Shown here: piece after piece, positions 26,924 to 37,343 of the stretch
Numbering within the stretch: position 1 is the first letter of the stretch
Layout: every line of letters begins with the position of its first letter
From: an uncultured cyanobacterium
GTDB taxonomy: Bacteria; Cyanobacteriota; Cyanobacteriia; CAKZMO01
Direction of reading: 5' to 3'
Length of the DNA: 64,000 nt
Assembly: GCA_963719515.1 (NCBI GenBank)
Contig: CAVRCJ010000003.1
Location: 640,001 to 704,000 of the forward strand
Made by a program: the position numbers and the translations under genes
Notes under the pieces: model-generated
The model's input: the letters and a program-made list of their open reading frames with translations, nothing else
The model's database searches: none
Told to the model about the DNA's origin: nothing

Positions 26924-29101
26924 CTACAGCGTTGACGGTGTCACGGTGGCACCCTCCGCGCTTTCCTCAAAGATCACCCGCTCCATCTCAATGTCTCGGG
27001 TTTCCTCCAGCAGTAAAGCCTCTTCCTGCTGCCGCTCAATCTTAATACGGGTAATCGATCCCCCATTGACCTGATGCATCGCGATCGCTTTTGTCTTCGC
27101 CGCCCCGGCGCGGTTGGCTACGGACCCTCCCCTCTCGTAGCGAATCGTGAACCGCTTGAGGTGAACATCCTGCAGCATTGCTGCAGGCGCCGGGTCAGTA
27201 AGCTGTTCAGCCGGGTCAACCTGGGGCGATTTCGGAGCCGATGTGCTCTGGGCGGCAGGGGCAACTACCACTGCGGCCACGTCCGGCCTGCGGTTTGCAA
27301 CTAGCTGGGCCGCTCCGTTGAACCGTACCTTCAGCACCGTACGCCCAGGGCCTTCTCCTACTAGGGTCAGATTACCGCGATTGATGGTGAGGGGTTCGAA
27401 GAAGTCCAGCTCTCCAATGGGAAGCTTAATCACCAGGTCATCCTCCAGGCTGTAGCGGCGAATCAGCTGGCTAATGGCCGCCGCGTCGTCTTGGCCGTCA
27501 TTCGGCCAAATTCCATGGTCAATGACGCTAACCTGCTGCACAGGCCGCTCTGGGGTTTGGCGGGACAGCTGCAGTCCGGCAATGTCCCAAAGGGGGTTGA
27601 GAACGCCACCCAGAGAGGCCAGAAAGACCACAAAGCAAAAGGCCTGGATTCCCAAGAGTGTATAGGAGGTGCTGCGCTTGGCAAGACGGCTGAAGCCCTT
27701 GCCGTCAGCATTGATGTTTTGATTGCCTCGGTTGGTCCAAGACTGCTGGGCCAGGTTCATCTGAGTCCAGATTTTGACCAAAGACGCCGCCCACTGGGTG
27801 GCCAGCAGCAGCGGGAAGTGGATGGGCTTGAGGACAGACTGTCGTCCCCAAAACACGATACCGAGGGTCAGCGGACGACTAAAGGTGACCCAGGAGAGGA
27901 CGATGCCAACCGCGATCCAGCTGCCCTGAAGCAGCGACAGCAGCAAAAAGCCGGGGGTAATCAGGCAGGTCCAAAAGCTGATGCGCTGGTCGATGAGGCT
28001 GTACCAAACAAACCAGCCCGTTCTCTTGGGCCCTAAGGCGAGCGCCCGCCCGTTGTTGCGTAGCATATTGCCGTACCAGCGGCGCATGTTGTTGTAGGCT
28101 CGGTCCACCACCGACCCCGACACGGTTTCGATGGAGTACACCAGGGCATCTGGAACATAGAGCATCTCGTAACCCTGCTTCAGCAGCCAAAACCAGGTGC
28201 TCTTATCGTCCCCCGAAAGAAACTTGAACCGTCCCCAGAGCCAGTCGTCTAGCGCATCATGCTCTAGCTGATGGATAAAGCTGGGGTCGAACGCGGCTTC
28301 GGCCCGAAACAGCGAAAACCGCCCGGTAAGACACAGGACCTTGCGGGCGAGGCTGTCGGAGCACATCTGCACATGACGCTGGGCAAAGCGGAGGTGAAAC
28401 CATTCTGAAAACAGATAGGACCCCGAAACCGCAGGCAATTCGTCGGTAGTCAAGGCTCCCATTTTGGGAAATAGGCGAAAAAACGGTAGGCATTGGTGCA
28501 GGACGCCGGGTGCTAGCTCAGAGTCACCATCCATCAGCGCTACAACCGTATCTTCGGGCAGCCCCAGCTGCGCTAGCTCCCGGAGACCATCCGCCATTGC
28601 TTTGCGCTTGCCGTCTTTTTGAATCATTGAGATCAGCCGCATCGTGGTGAGGCCAGGGTCTTCTCGCTCCAAAATTGCTCGAATCGCCCTGTTTTCATCC
28701 TCGCTGCTGCTGTTGACCAACAGGGTAACCGGCTGGGCTAAAGTTCTAGCTTCGCGGGCGATCGCCCGGAACACCCGTTCGGTAATCCAGGGCTTCTCTT
28801 TGTAGCTAGGCACCAGGAAGCACATATGGGGCAGCGCCTCCACAGGCACCGCGTTAGCCTGCTGACGCCAGCGGGGAAAGACGCCATGGAGGTAGAGGCG
28901 CGATCGCACCACTCGATAGAAAAACCATAGCCACCGCCAGATGCCAATAATTCCTAGCCCCAGGAGACTAAAGACTTCCCAGAAGGAGAGGTAGCCTGGA
29001 TTTTGAAGGATGAAGAGTCCCGTTAGACCGCAAAGGGAAAGGGCGCAAAGCAAGACGCCGTTGAGCCGAGCGCTGGCTGAGGGGAAAGATTCCTGTGTCA
29101 T
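26924..29101 (-). CDS. Alg8-like processive GT2 polysaccharide synthase with C-terminal beta-helix-like extension
   Basis: GKR, MDGDS, LTGRFSLFRA, FLSGDDKSTWF, MRRWYGNMLR, DQRISFWT; tail VIDHGIWPNDGQDDAAAI. Confidence 0.8.
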   Translation of the reverse strand: MTQESFPSASARLNGVLLCALSLCGLTGLFILQNPGYLSFWEVFSLLGLGIIGIWRWLWFFYRVVRSRLYLHGVFPRWRQQANAVPVEALPHMCFLVPSYKEKPWITERVFRAIAREARTLAQPVTLLVNSSSEDENRAIRAILEREDPGLTTMRLISMIQKDGKRKAMADGLRELAQLGLPEDTVVALMDGDSELAPGVLHQCLPFFRLFPKMGALTTDELPAVSGSYLFSEWFHLRFAQRHVQMCSDSLARKVLCLTGRFSLFRAEAAFDPSFIHQLEHDALDDWLWGRFKFLSGDDKSTWFWLLKQGYEMLYVPDALVYSIETVSGSVVDRAYNNMRRWYGNMLRNNGRALALGPKRTGWFVWYSLIDQRISFWTCLITPGFLLLSLLQGSWIAVGIVLSWVTFSRPLTLGIVFWGRQSVLKPIHFPLLLATQWAASLVKIWTQMNLAQQSWTNRGNQNINADGKGFSRLAKRSTSYTLLGIQAFCFVVFLASLGGVLNPLWDIAGLQLSRQTPERPVQQVSVIDHGIWPNDGQDDAAAISQLIRRYSLEDDLVIKLPIGELDFFEPLTINRGNLTLVGEGPGRTVLKVRFNGAAQLVANRRPDVAAVVVAPAAQSTSAPKSPQVDPAEQLTDPAPAAMLQDVHLKRFTIRYERGGSVANRAGAAKTKAIAMHQVNGGSITRIKIERQQEEALLLEETRDIEMERVIFEESAEGATVTPSTL

Positions 29102-29176
29102 TTTGTTGACCGTTGAAGGGAGTTGCGTTGGTGTGTCGAACAGAGCTGTCGTCAGGGTTAGCGCTTATGACAGACG

Positions 29177-30490
29177 CTACAGCGTGCTCCAAGCATCCAT
29201 TCCAAAGGTCAACTGCGCGTTCTGGCCCACGCCGCAAAACTGGTGCGCCTGAAGCGGGTTTTCAGAGGCGGGGATGGTTACCCGAACTCGGGCCAAGGGC
29301 TGATTGATGAGATTGGGGGGAACGGCGGGAAGAATTGCCTCTGCCCTGGCCTCCGTCAGCTCTCCCATGCTGACAGCTTCAATGACGGTCACTTGCCCGA
29401 GCACGGTCTGGTCGCTTCCCGCCAGCTTGACGCGCACGGGCTTGTCCGCGTCAACTCGGTTGGCTCGATTCGCGCCCACAAGGGTCTCAACCCAAAGATC
29501 GTTGCAGTCTAGCAGGCCGAGTAAGGTCTCGGGGCGGCTGACCTGCTCTCCCGTTTCGTGATACGTCGTATAGACCACGCCGGAAAAGGGAGCCTTGACG
29601 GGAACAATCGCCTCCTGCTTATTCAGCCCTTTGGCCTCGTCTAGCTCAGCCTGCTGGTGACCCAGCGCTAGAGTCAGCCTTTCGACGGCTGCCTCTTGGG
29701 CTTGGACTTCTTTTGCCAAGGCTTCCTGTCGCTCCTGCATGTCGTCAATGGATGAGGCCATTGGGACGCTGGTGCGAGCCGCGCTCAGCATCGTGCTGCT
29801 CGCCTCTAGCTCAGCTCTAGCCGCTTTTACTTTGGCCTGAGCCGCCTTCCAAGAGGCCTCTAGCTGGTCTACCTGCTGCGCTGAAACGGCACCTTCGCTG
29901 AGGAGAGAGCGAAAACGGCTGTAGTCGCTTTGGGCCGCGCTCTCTTCGGCGATCGCCGCGTCGAGGGAGGCTTGGTAGCGATCGCGATCGTCTGTGGCAA
30001 CGGCAACCGTGGCCTGCTGTACCTGCTGATCTTGCTGCTCTAGGCCCTTTTGCTGCTGATTGAGTAAGGCCAGGGTTTGACGGGCGAGCGATAGCTCCGC
30101 TGTCATGGCTTGAACCTGACGCTGTAGTTCAGGAACAAGGCTTTGCCCCTGCTCTCGGGCGAGCGGATTGAGCCTAGCAAGCACTTGCCCAGTTCGCACT
30201 GAAATGCCGGGGCGACTGTAGAAGTCCTGAATTGTCCCGTCGACGGGAGACTGGACCCGCACGGTCCGTCCATTGACAATGCCGGTCTTGATTGTCATGT
30301 GGGTGAACCGGTAGTAGACCGACGTCAGGCCGATGCCCGCTGCACACAGGCCGAGGCCGAGGCAGAGTCCACCGACGGCGAAACGCTTCCAGGTGGCAGG
30401 GCGGGCTTCGGGGTCGCGAAAGGTATAGTCCTGCGCTGATACAGAGGACAAGGTGTCAGCCGATGAGGCTTTAGGTAGAGTTTTAACCAT
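29177..30490 (-). CDS. HlyD/Alg44-like membrane-fusion protein
   Basis: N-terminal TM, lipoyl halves VQSPVDG / VKAPFSG, long coiled coil. Confidence 0.8.
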   Translation of the reverse strand: MVKTLPKASSADTLSSVSAQDYTFRDPEARPATWKRFAVGGLCLGLGLCAAGIGLTSVYYRFTHMTIKTGIVNGRTVRVQSPVDGTIQDFYSRPGISVRTGQVLARLNPLAREQGQSLVPELQRQVQAMTAELSLARQTLALLNQQQKGLEQQDQQVQQATVAVATDDRDRYQASLDAAIAEESAAQSDYSRFRSLLSEGAVSAQQVDQLEASWKAAQAKVKAARAELEASSTMLSAARTSVPMASSIDDMQERQEALAKEVQAQEAAVERLTLALGHQQAELDEAKGLNKQEAIVPVKAPFSGVVYTTYHETGEQVSRPETLLGLLDCNDLWVETLVGANRANRVDADKPVRVKLAGSDQTVLGQVTVIEAVSMGELTEARAEAILPAVPPNLINQPLARVRVTIPASENPLQAHQFCGVGQNAQLTFGMDAWSTL

Positions 30491-31313
30491 GGGGATTAGC
30501 AGAGCAAGATCTAAAGGACTTGGTGAGCGAACTGGTAATCGAAATGAGCGGAATAAGGTAGGTGAATTTCTGCGGACCAGAGTGATAGCGATCTGGTTGT
30601 TGCAGAGAAGTTATATCTTTTTAGACTGGGTTTAGACAGGAAATAGATTGTTTAGCTTCTGCATCAGCATCAAACTGCAATACAAATGCACAACTTCTGA
30701 GGGCAGGGACTGAAAGATGTAACCTTCTAATTATTTCTTGAGTGATTGGAAGTATCAAATATTACCTTTCACTGAAAAGCATTCAGTTATTCACTTTGAT
30801 GCAGGCTATTGGTGACACACCCTCTTGCTGAATTTGCGCGCTTTCCTGACGGTATTACAAAGAGCTTTGAGGTTCGAAGCGGTTACACAGCTAGGGATTG
30901 AGCTTCTCAGTCATGATTTTTTATGCGGTATAAATTTATCCAAACTGCCAGTCACGTTCACGGAACCGGCTAAATGCTAAACGGTGCTGTGGCCAGCTAA
31001 ATTTTCCGAAAAGCACTTAATGCAACCCTTGATTCGAAGTACCTTTGTCTAGAAATTAGCAGTATTGATGTCAATGTAGCAACTCTCTGAACAAGCAAAT
31101 GCGTGAAGCTTCACCGCAGCCTTACAAAGGTTTGATTCACTTTGTTTTAGCTTCAATATAAATTCTCAGGTAGCATACATAGACCGCGCTTAAGTAGCGC
31201 AGTCTATGCGCTTTGTGTTTGTTTAGTAATGCTTTTTAAACCAAACACAAGCCATCAGCCAATGGTTAGTTGAGTTACGTTAGGGTTATGCAAACTTGCG
31301 AAAATGAAGCGCG

Positions 31314-32243
31314 ATGAAGCACCGACTTTTAGGTCAATCGAGACTGTGGCGATTGGGGCTTGTCGTCGTAATCTTCAATCTGGGATGTCGCTCAGTCCAA
31401 CAGAGTTCCTCTCAGCTAGCGGAGAGCGATCCGGCAGCCGCGGCCCAGATTCAGGAAACCCAACCACAACAGTCGTCTCTTGAAGTGCAGACTGATGTTG
31501 ATGCTGAAGCGATCGCCCGTTGGTTAGCCCAACCCGATGGTGCTGGCCCAGCTCGCTCCTTTCGCGTCCGCTCGGGGAAGTCTTGGGGCTTTGAAAACCT
31601 GTCCTTCATTTCAGACGTCAGTACCGCCGAAGTTCCCGCTTTTCTACGGGTTTATTACCCCGCAGGCTCGGCGAGCCCTTCCGTGTCTCGGGAGAGCAGC
31701 GTGGCCTTGGGCGGAGCGCAGTTCTATGCCGAAATAGAGGCCCCTCAGAAGGCTTTGCGCCTTAGCTATCGGGTCCGCTTCTCGGATGACTTCAACTTTG
31801 TCAAAGGGGGGAAGCTGCCGGGGCTATTTGGCGGGGTGGGAGCCAGCGGCGGCAACATCCCCGACGGCAGCGACGGCTTTTCTACAAGGCTGATGTGGCG
31901 GCGGGAGGGGCAGGGAGAGGTTTATGCCTACCTGCCGACGAGTGAGCGCTATGGGACGTCCATTGGCCGAGGTCGCTGGCAATTTCGCCCTGGGGCTTGG
32001 ACTCAGGTAGAGCAGGAGGTTGTCCTCAACCAGCAGGGAGCAGCAGACGGACATATTCGGCTGTGGGTCGACGGCACCCTGGTGATCGACGAACCGGGGC
32101 TGACCTTCCGCACCACCGACGCGCTCCAGCTCGATGGGCTATTTTTCTCTACTTTTTTTGGCGGCGGTGACCCTTCTTGGGCTACGCCCGAGGATGCTTA
32201 TGTGGACTTTGCAGACTTTACCATTGACGGGGGCGGCCCCTAG
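31314..32243 (+). CDS. PL14-like polysaccharide lyase, probable lipoprotein
   Basis: Signal ending NLGC; FNFVKGGKLPGL, GFSTRLMWRR, FFSTFFGG; close paralog of the 25076 lyase domain. Confidence 0.8.
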   Translation: MKHRLLGQSRLWRLGLVVVIFNLGCRSVQQSSSQLAESDPAAAAQIQETQPQQSSLEVQTDVDAEAIARWLAQPDGAGPARSFRVRSGKSWGFENLSFISDVSTAEVPAFLRVYYPAGSASPSVSRESSVALGGAQFYAEIEAPQKALRLSYRVRFSDDFNFVKGGKLPGLFGGVGASGGNIPDGSDGFSTRLMWRREGQGEVYAYLPTSERYGTSIGRGRWQFRPGAWTQVEQEVVLNQQGAADGHIRLWVDGTLVIDEPGLTFRTTDALQLDGLFFSTFFGGGDPSWATPEDAYVDFADFTIDGGGP

Positions 32244-32272
32244 TTTTGGCTGGGAGGGGTGCGCTGCCCCCC

Positions 32273-32578
32273 CTACAGCGGACCGTTAATCTTGCCGTTT
32301 AACCCATATACCCGCCGTTCCCCGACTAGCGGTATCAGCGTCACCTCGCGCTCGTCCCCCGGCTCAAACCGCACCGCTGTCCCCGCTGGAATATCTAACC
32401 GTAGCCCCCGCGCCGCCTCGCGGTCGTACCGCAGCGCCTCGTTCACCTCGTAAAAATGAAAGTGGGAGCCGACCTGTATGGGGCGATCGCCTGTGTTGGC
32501 GACGGTGATGGTGGTGGTGGGGCGACCGGCGTTGAGCTCGATGTCGCCTGACTCTGGAAGTAGTTCGCCTGGAATCAT
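32273..32578 (-). CDS. ureB: urease beta subunit
   Basis: [35 protein letters not shown]. Confidence 0.97.
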   Translation of the reverse strand: MIPGELLPESGDIELNAGRPTTTITVANTGDRPIQVGSHFHFYEVNEALRYDREAARGLRLDIPAGTAVRFEPGDEREVTLIPLVGERRVYGLNGKINGPL

Positions 32579-32598
32579 GGGTTTAGAGGGTTAATTCG

Positions 32599-32901
32599 CT
32601 ATTGGATGGGATCGTGGATGGTGACCAATTTGGTGCCGTCGGGGAAGGTCGCTTCCACCTGCACCTCATGCAGCATCTCCGCGATGCCGTCCATCACGTC
32701 ATCCTGCGAGAGCAAGGTTGTGCCATAGCTCATCAAATCTGCCACGGTACGCCCGTCCCTGGCTCCTTCTAGGACGGCGGCTGAAATGAAGGCGATCGCT
32801 TCCGGGTAGTTGAGCTTTACGCCGCGCTCCTTGCGACGTTCGGCGAGCAGCGCCGCCGTGAAGATCATCAGCTTGTCTTTTTCTTGAGGCGTCAGTTGCA
32901 T
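32599..32901 (-). CDS. ureA: urease gamma subunit
   Basis: [30 protein letters not shown]. Confidence 0.97.
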   Translation of the reverse strand: MQLTPQEKDKLMIFTAALLAERRKERGVKLNYPEAIAFISAAVLEGARDGRTVADLMSYGTTLLSQDDVMDGIAEMLHEVQVEATFPDGTKLVTIHDPIQ

Positions 32902-32980
32902 GGTCTATGAGTTGAGTGGATTCGATGGCGGCCCTGTCGGGACGCTGCAGAGCCGGCGGCATTCCAGCCCCTACCAAAAT

Positions 32981-34324
32981 TTATCGTTTCAGCCACAGCC
33001 GCGCCAAAACAACCATAGGCTGAAGATACAAATAGACGGCGAAAGGGATAAATCCCGCATCCGTCATCAGCACCGTTGCCGGAACGAGCCCAGCAATATT
33101 CCAGGGTACCAGGGGAGACAGCACCACGACAGTGTTCTCTAGATCCAATGCTAGAGCCGGGCTAGAGAATTCAGCCTGCCGGTCGCTGCCCTGCGGCCCG
33201 GTCCAAACGCCGTCATGCCTCTGATACTGCGGCTGAACCAGCTGCTGCGTCAGCAAAATCGCGATCGTTTGCGTGCAGCCAAACATCGCCGTAACGAGGC
33301 CTACCAGCCCCGTACTTAAAAACTGCTGCGCCCGGCGCTTGGGCTGATGCAGCCGGTCTACCTCACTCAGTAGCCCAGCGCCTGCCAAAAACCCGGCCAG
33401 CGCCGTCGACACCACCACGACCCCACACACCCGCGCCATCGCCACCAGCCCTCCTCCCTGAAACAGCCCCCCGGCGACAGCGTCAGGGGAGGAAAACCCC
33501 GTGAGGGCAAACCCTAGAAGCTCCTGCGGCGCGAATCCCTGAACCCCAGAGGCGATCGCCGCCGCCACCCCAATGCTGAGGGTCAGCGTGTAGAGCACCG
33601 GTACCCGCACCGCCGATAGCCCAAGCACTACCACAGCTGGCAGAACGACGCTCCAGTGCAGCACGAAGGTCTGAGCGATCGCCTCCCGCAGCTGTCGGTC
33701 AAGGGCGAGGGGAGGAGTAGCCCAAGACATCGCGCCGTAGAACAACACCGATAGCGCCACCGGCAGCAGCGCCGTGCGGGCCATAGCCTGAAGATTGGCG
33801 TGGAGGGACGTACCTGTGAGGGTGGCGACCAGATTAGCGCTGGAAGACACCGGAGAGCAGCGATCGCCGATGTAGGCTCCGCCGATAATCGCTCCAGCCA
33901 GGAGATGGGGATTGACGTCGCTGCCGCTGGCCATGGTCATTAGCGCTAAGCCGATGGTGCTAGCGCTGCCGAACGACGTGCCGATCAGCACGGAAACCAC
34001 TCCCGGCAGCACGAACGCCCACACCAAAAAGTAGCGGGGCTGAATCACCTGCAGCCCCCAAGACACCAGCGCCGGCACCGTGCCTGCCGCCATCCACAGC
34101 GCCACCAGCACCCCAATCAGCAGCAAAATCAGAATTACCGACAGTGACTTGCGGATTCCCCCCAGCCCCAAGTGCAGCAGCGATCGCCAGGCCGTCCCCC
34201 GACGGCGCGCTACGACCCCGAAAGTCAACAGGGCCCCCAGCAGGGGATAGACCATGTATACCCCTTGGGAAACGCCGGCTAGCAGCAGCGCGAACGAGAG
34301 GGCGATCGCTAGGGCAATATCCAC
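32981..34324 (-). CDS. NhaC-family transporter
   Basis: WMAAGTVP, GTSFGSAST, GAYIGDRCSPVSSSANL, LVPWN. Confidence 0.85.
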   Translation of the reverse strand: MDIALAIALSFALLLAGVSQGVYMVYPLLGALLTFGVVARRRGTAWRSLLHLGLGGIRKSLSVILILLLIGVLVALWMAAGTVPALVSWGLQVIQPRYFLVWAFVLPGVVSVLIGTSFGSASTIGLALMTMASGSDVNPHLLAGAIIGGAYIGDRCSPVSSSANLVATLTGTSLHANLQAMARTALLPVALSVLFYGAMSWATPPLALDRQLREAIAQTFVLHWSVVLPAVVVLGLSAVRVPVLYTLTLSIGVAAAIASGVQGFAPQELLGFALTGFSSPDAVAGGLFQGGGLVAMARVCGVVVVSTALAGFLAGAGLLSEVDRLHQPKRRAQQFLSTGLVGLVTAMFGCTQTIAILLTQQLVQPQYQRHDGVWTGPQGSDRQAEFSSPALALDLENTVVVLSPLVPWNIAGLVPATVLMTDAGFIPFAVYLYLQPMVVLARLWLKR

Positions 34325-34503
34325 AGCATCACGATAGATTGAGGTGCTTTCTACGGTAAGGCGTAAGTTAAAGCGCGTTCAACCGGAAGCAGCCATGGTA
34401 TTGATTCATATCATCGATAGATTAAAAAGGAAGATTCCGCGATAACGGGAGGTAGTTACGCGGGCGACTGGGCAACGCTCCGTTGACACTACGGCATCGA
34501 TAG

Positions 34504-35406
34504 ATGAATGTAGCCGCCTGCTCTCTCAAACTCTCCCAGCTCAAAGCCTTTTGGGCCGTTGCCCAGTGCGGCAACTTTAGCGCCGCCGCGCTAGAGCTAA
34601 ACGTTACCCAGTCCACTATTAGCCACGCGATCGCCGCTCTGGAAACCGAGCTGGGCGTGGTGGTGCTCTCGCGGGGTCGCCACGGCGCAGCGTTGACGCC
34701 CGTTGGCGAAGAGCTGCTGCCGGACGTCTGCGAAGTGCTGGAGCGGCTGTGCCAGATTCAGCAGATGGCGACTCAGGCGCGCGAGCTACATCGAGGTCAT
34801 GTGCGGGTCAGCTGCGTTCGCAGCGTCGCGACCCACCTGCTGCCTGACATCATGGCCCAGTTTCATGAGGCCTTTCCCGACATTCAGCTCACCCTTATGG
34901 AAACCGATCGCTACGTCGAGATTGAGCAGGCGCTGCGAGAAGGCCATATCGACGTTGGATTTGTCTGCCTCCCTGTGGGGCTAGAGTTTGACGCTTGGGA
35001 GGTCCACCGGGATGAATTCGTCGCGCTGCTGCCGCCAGAGGCCCTGCCCCCCGGCACCCCCCTCACCTGGGAAACCCTGCTGCAGCAAACCTTGATCATG
35101 ACGCCGCTCACCGGGCTGCACCACACAAAGCTAGTGCGCGACCACCTGGCTCAGCTCGGCCATACCCTCACCATCAGCAGTGAAGTGCGGCAGGATTCAA
35201 CGGTGCTGGGCATGGTGCATCGAGGATTGGGAGCCACTATTATGCCGCGCATGGCGGCGGAACCCATTCCTAAAGGCGTGGTGGTGCGATCGCTGCCGGT
35301 GCCGCTCCATCGGGCAACGGGGGTCGCGACCCTGGCGAGTGCCCTGCTGCCTCGGGCGGCGTTTGCCTTTTTAGATACGGTGCGCGGTTTGAAATTCAGA
35401 GCCTAA
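34504..35406 (+). CDS. LysR-family regulator, divergent from the NhaC gene
   Basis: NFSAAALELNVTQSTISHAIAALE HTH. Confidence 0.93.
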   Translation: MNVAACSLKLSQLKAFWAVAQCGNFSAAALELNVTQSTISHAIAALETELGVVVLSRGRHGAALTPVGEELLPDVCEVLERLCQIQQMATQARELHRGHVRVSCVRSVATHLLPDIMAQFHEAFPDIQLTLMETDRYVEIEQALREGHIDVGFVCLPVGLEFDAWEVHRDEFVALLPPEALPPGTPLTWETLLQQTLIMTPLTGLHHTKLVRDHLAQLGHTLTISSEVRQDSTVLGMVHRGLGATIMPRMAAEPIPKGVVVRSLPVPLHRATGVATLASALLPRAAFAFLDTVRGLKFRA

Positions 35407-35595
35407 ATAATGGTGGGGGCTAGAAGCCAAAGAAACAAATTTCACTAGAGGGAGTCTGATGTCTATAAGAGAGCGTTTGAAAAGTCACAAACGTACTGCT
35501 CTAACCGATACTTTTCAGACATCCTCTGAGACGACCGCAGAACTGGTGCTAATTTGCGATCGCTCCTGACGTTGCGCTAGGCTCGCCATTGCCCC

Positions 35596-36696
35596 ATGGA
35601 ATTTACTAAACATCAGACTAACATTGCTAAAGGCGTTGCCATTTGCCTGATGTTTATTCATCACCTCTATGGGTTTAGCGATCGCCTCCTTGAGGGCAAC
35701 CGCTACAGCCCAATCCTTGACTCCTTGCCGGTGGAATTTCACGTGGCGAAGTTTGGAAATATTTGCGTCTCCGTCTTTCTATTTTTGTCCGGTTACGGCC
35801 TCTTTCTTGGCTACTGCCGCTCTTCAAAGGGCTCATTTCACTACGCCGGGGAAAAGCTTATTGGCTTCTACAAAACGTACTGGCTTTACTTCTTAATTTT
35901 TGCCCCCATTGGGCTAATCTTTTTCCAGGACGTGACGCTTTGGGACTCTCAGCAGATTCGCTACGCCGCCGACCCTGCAACTTTTCTATCCAATTTTTTC
36001 GGCTGGCAGTCGACCTATAACCAAGAGTGGTGGTTTGTTCGCCTATTTGCGGTGACCCTCGCGGCGCTATTTCCTCTGTATGCCATGCTGGCGCAAACCG
36101 GTCAAACTGGAGCGATCGCTGCCGCTAGCTTTCTGTTGGCCCTCATCGGTTACCACAGCGATCCCTACGGCGTCTGGGGCTTCACCTTTTGGCAACCCTC
36201 ATTCGCCCTGGGAATTGTCTATGCTCGGTTTAATCTCTTTTCAAGACATCGCCTTACGGGTGTTAAGTCAGGCTGGGCCGGGATAGCCTGGGGCTGGGCG
36301 GGGCCGATACTGCTATTGTTTGCGCTGCGCACCTTTGCTCTCGGCTCTAGTCCCAAGCTAGATTTCTTGATGGCCCCGGTTTTTATCTATTGCTCTGTTC
36401 AGGCGATCGCTGCGCTGCGCTTGTCTCGGCCGGTGGCATACCTGGGGCAGTATTCGTTTCCCTTGTGGCTAACCCACTCCTTTTTCTGCTACTACTATTT
36501 CCAAGACATTGTTTATGCGCCGCGCTGGTCCCCTTTGATTTTTTTACTGCTGCTGGCGCTCTCTTTACCGACCGTGCTAGGCATCGAGCTTTTGGGTAAG
36601 CTTGCCGCTAGCATCAGCTTTAAATGGTTCATCGTTCCGCTCAATCGTCTTCGTAAGTTGCCCAAGATTGAGGCGTTTCTGAAACTGCCACTTTGA
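35596..36696 (+). CDS. acyltransferase family 3 membrane protein
   Basis: KGVAICLMFIHH, VFLFLSGYGL, WWFV, LGQYSFPLWLTH. Confidence 0.85.
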   Translation: MEFTKHQTNIAKGVAICLMFIHHLYGFSDRLLEGNRYSPILDSLPVEFHVAKFGNICVSVFLFLSGYGLFLGYCRSSKGSFHYAGEKLIGFYKTYWLYFLIFAPIGLIFFQDVTLWDSQQIRYAADPATFLSNFFGWQSTYNQEWWFVRLFAVTLAALFPLYAMLAQTGQTGAIAAASFLLALIGYHSDPYGVWGFTFWQPSFALGIVYARFNLFSRHRLTGVKSGWAGIAWGWAGPILLLFALRTFALGSSPKLDFLMAPVFIYCSVQAIAALRLSRPVAYLGQYSFPLWLTHSFFCYYYFQDIVYAPRWSPLIFLLLLALSLPTVLGIELLGKLAASISFKWFIVPLNRLRKLPKIEAFLKLPL

Positions 36697-37072
36697 GGGC
36701 GACGTCTTCGGGGAGTTCGCTCTTTGTTTTGTCGTAAACAAACTTGGCAATCATTTCTGCTGTAGTGCCATAGTTTTCCGGAATAACCTCATTCAGTACG
36801 CAGTGGTCAAGTCCTCCTTTGAGCATGTCCTGCTTTGCCCAGCGCAGCGTTTTAAAGTCGGCAACCATGGTCGGGCGAGGGCAGCGTTCTGAGGGATGAA
36901 GTTGGCGAGAGACGGCTTCAAGCTTGACCCGGTAGGTATGTCCATGCATTCGGCCGCACGACCCCTCGTAGTCTTGAATATAATGGGCGGCATCAAACGT
37001 AAATTCAGTCGTGAGAGTCCACTTTGGCATAGGTTTTGGTGATAGGAAAATGGCATCAGGCTTTGTAGCCAT
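36641..37072 (-). CDS. queD: 6-carboxytetrahydropterin synthase (start 37072 or 37030)
   Basis: FDAAH, CGRMHGHTY, LDHCVLN, TTAEMIA, ETP; 3' end overlaps the acyltransferase by 56 bp. Confidence 0.85.
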   Translation of the reverse strand: MATKPDAIFLSPKPMPKWTLTTEFTFDAAHYIQDYEGSCGRMHGHTYRVKLEAVSRQLHPSERCPRPTMVADFKTLRWAKQDMLKGGLDHCVLNEVIPENYGTTAEMIAKFVYDKTKSELPEDVALKVAVSETPQSWATYEDD

Positions 37073-37218
37073 ACCGATAGATTTCAATATAGTAGTCGTT
37101 AATTTAGAAGGAGAGGAGTTCCCAAACCCCTTAGGGGTCTGGCACCTTCTAGTATGTGAAGCCAATGTTTTCTGCAGCACCCCACTTGAGACCGGTGAGC
37201 AAGGCCAGGCCACCCAAT

Positions 37219-37277
37219 GTCGCTATTCAATGTCGCTATCCAGAGTCGCTATTCAATGTCGCTATCCAGAGTCGCTA
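37219..37277. repeat. 13-bp-period tandem repeat (GTCGCTA x5)
   Basis: GTCGCTATTCAAT and GTCGCTATCCAGA alternate. Confidence 0.85.
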
Positions 37278-37343
37278 ACCCCGCATCGCTCTGGCCTATT
37301 CCCTGCGGGGCCTGCTGAAGGGCGCACCTGGGCTGGGAAAATC

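Noticed and set aside
37073..37215. preQ1 riboswitch upstream of queD
   Set aside because: No recognisable preQ1 consensus.
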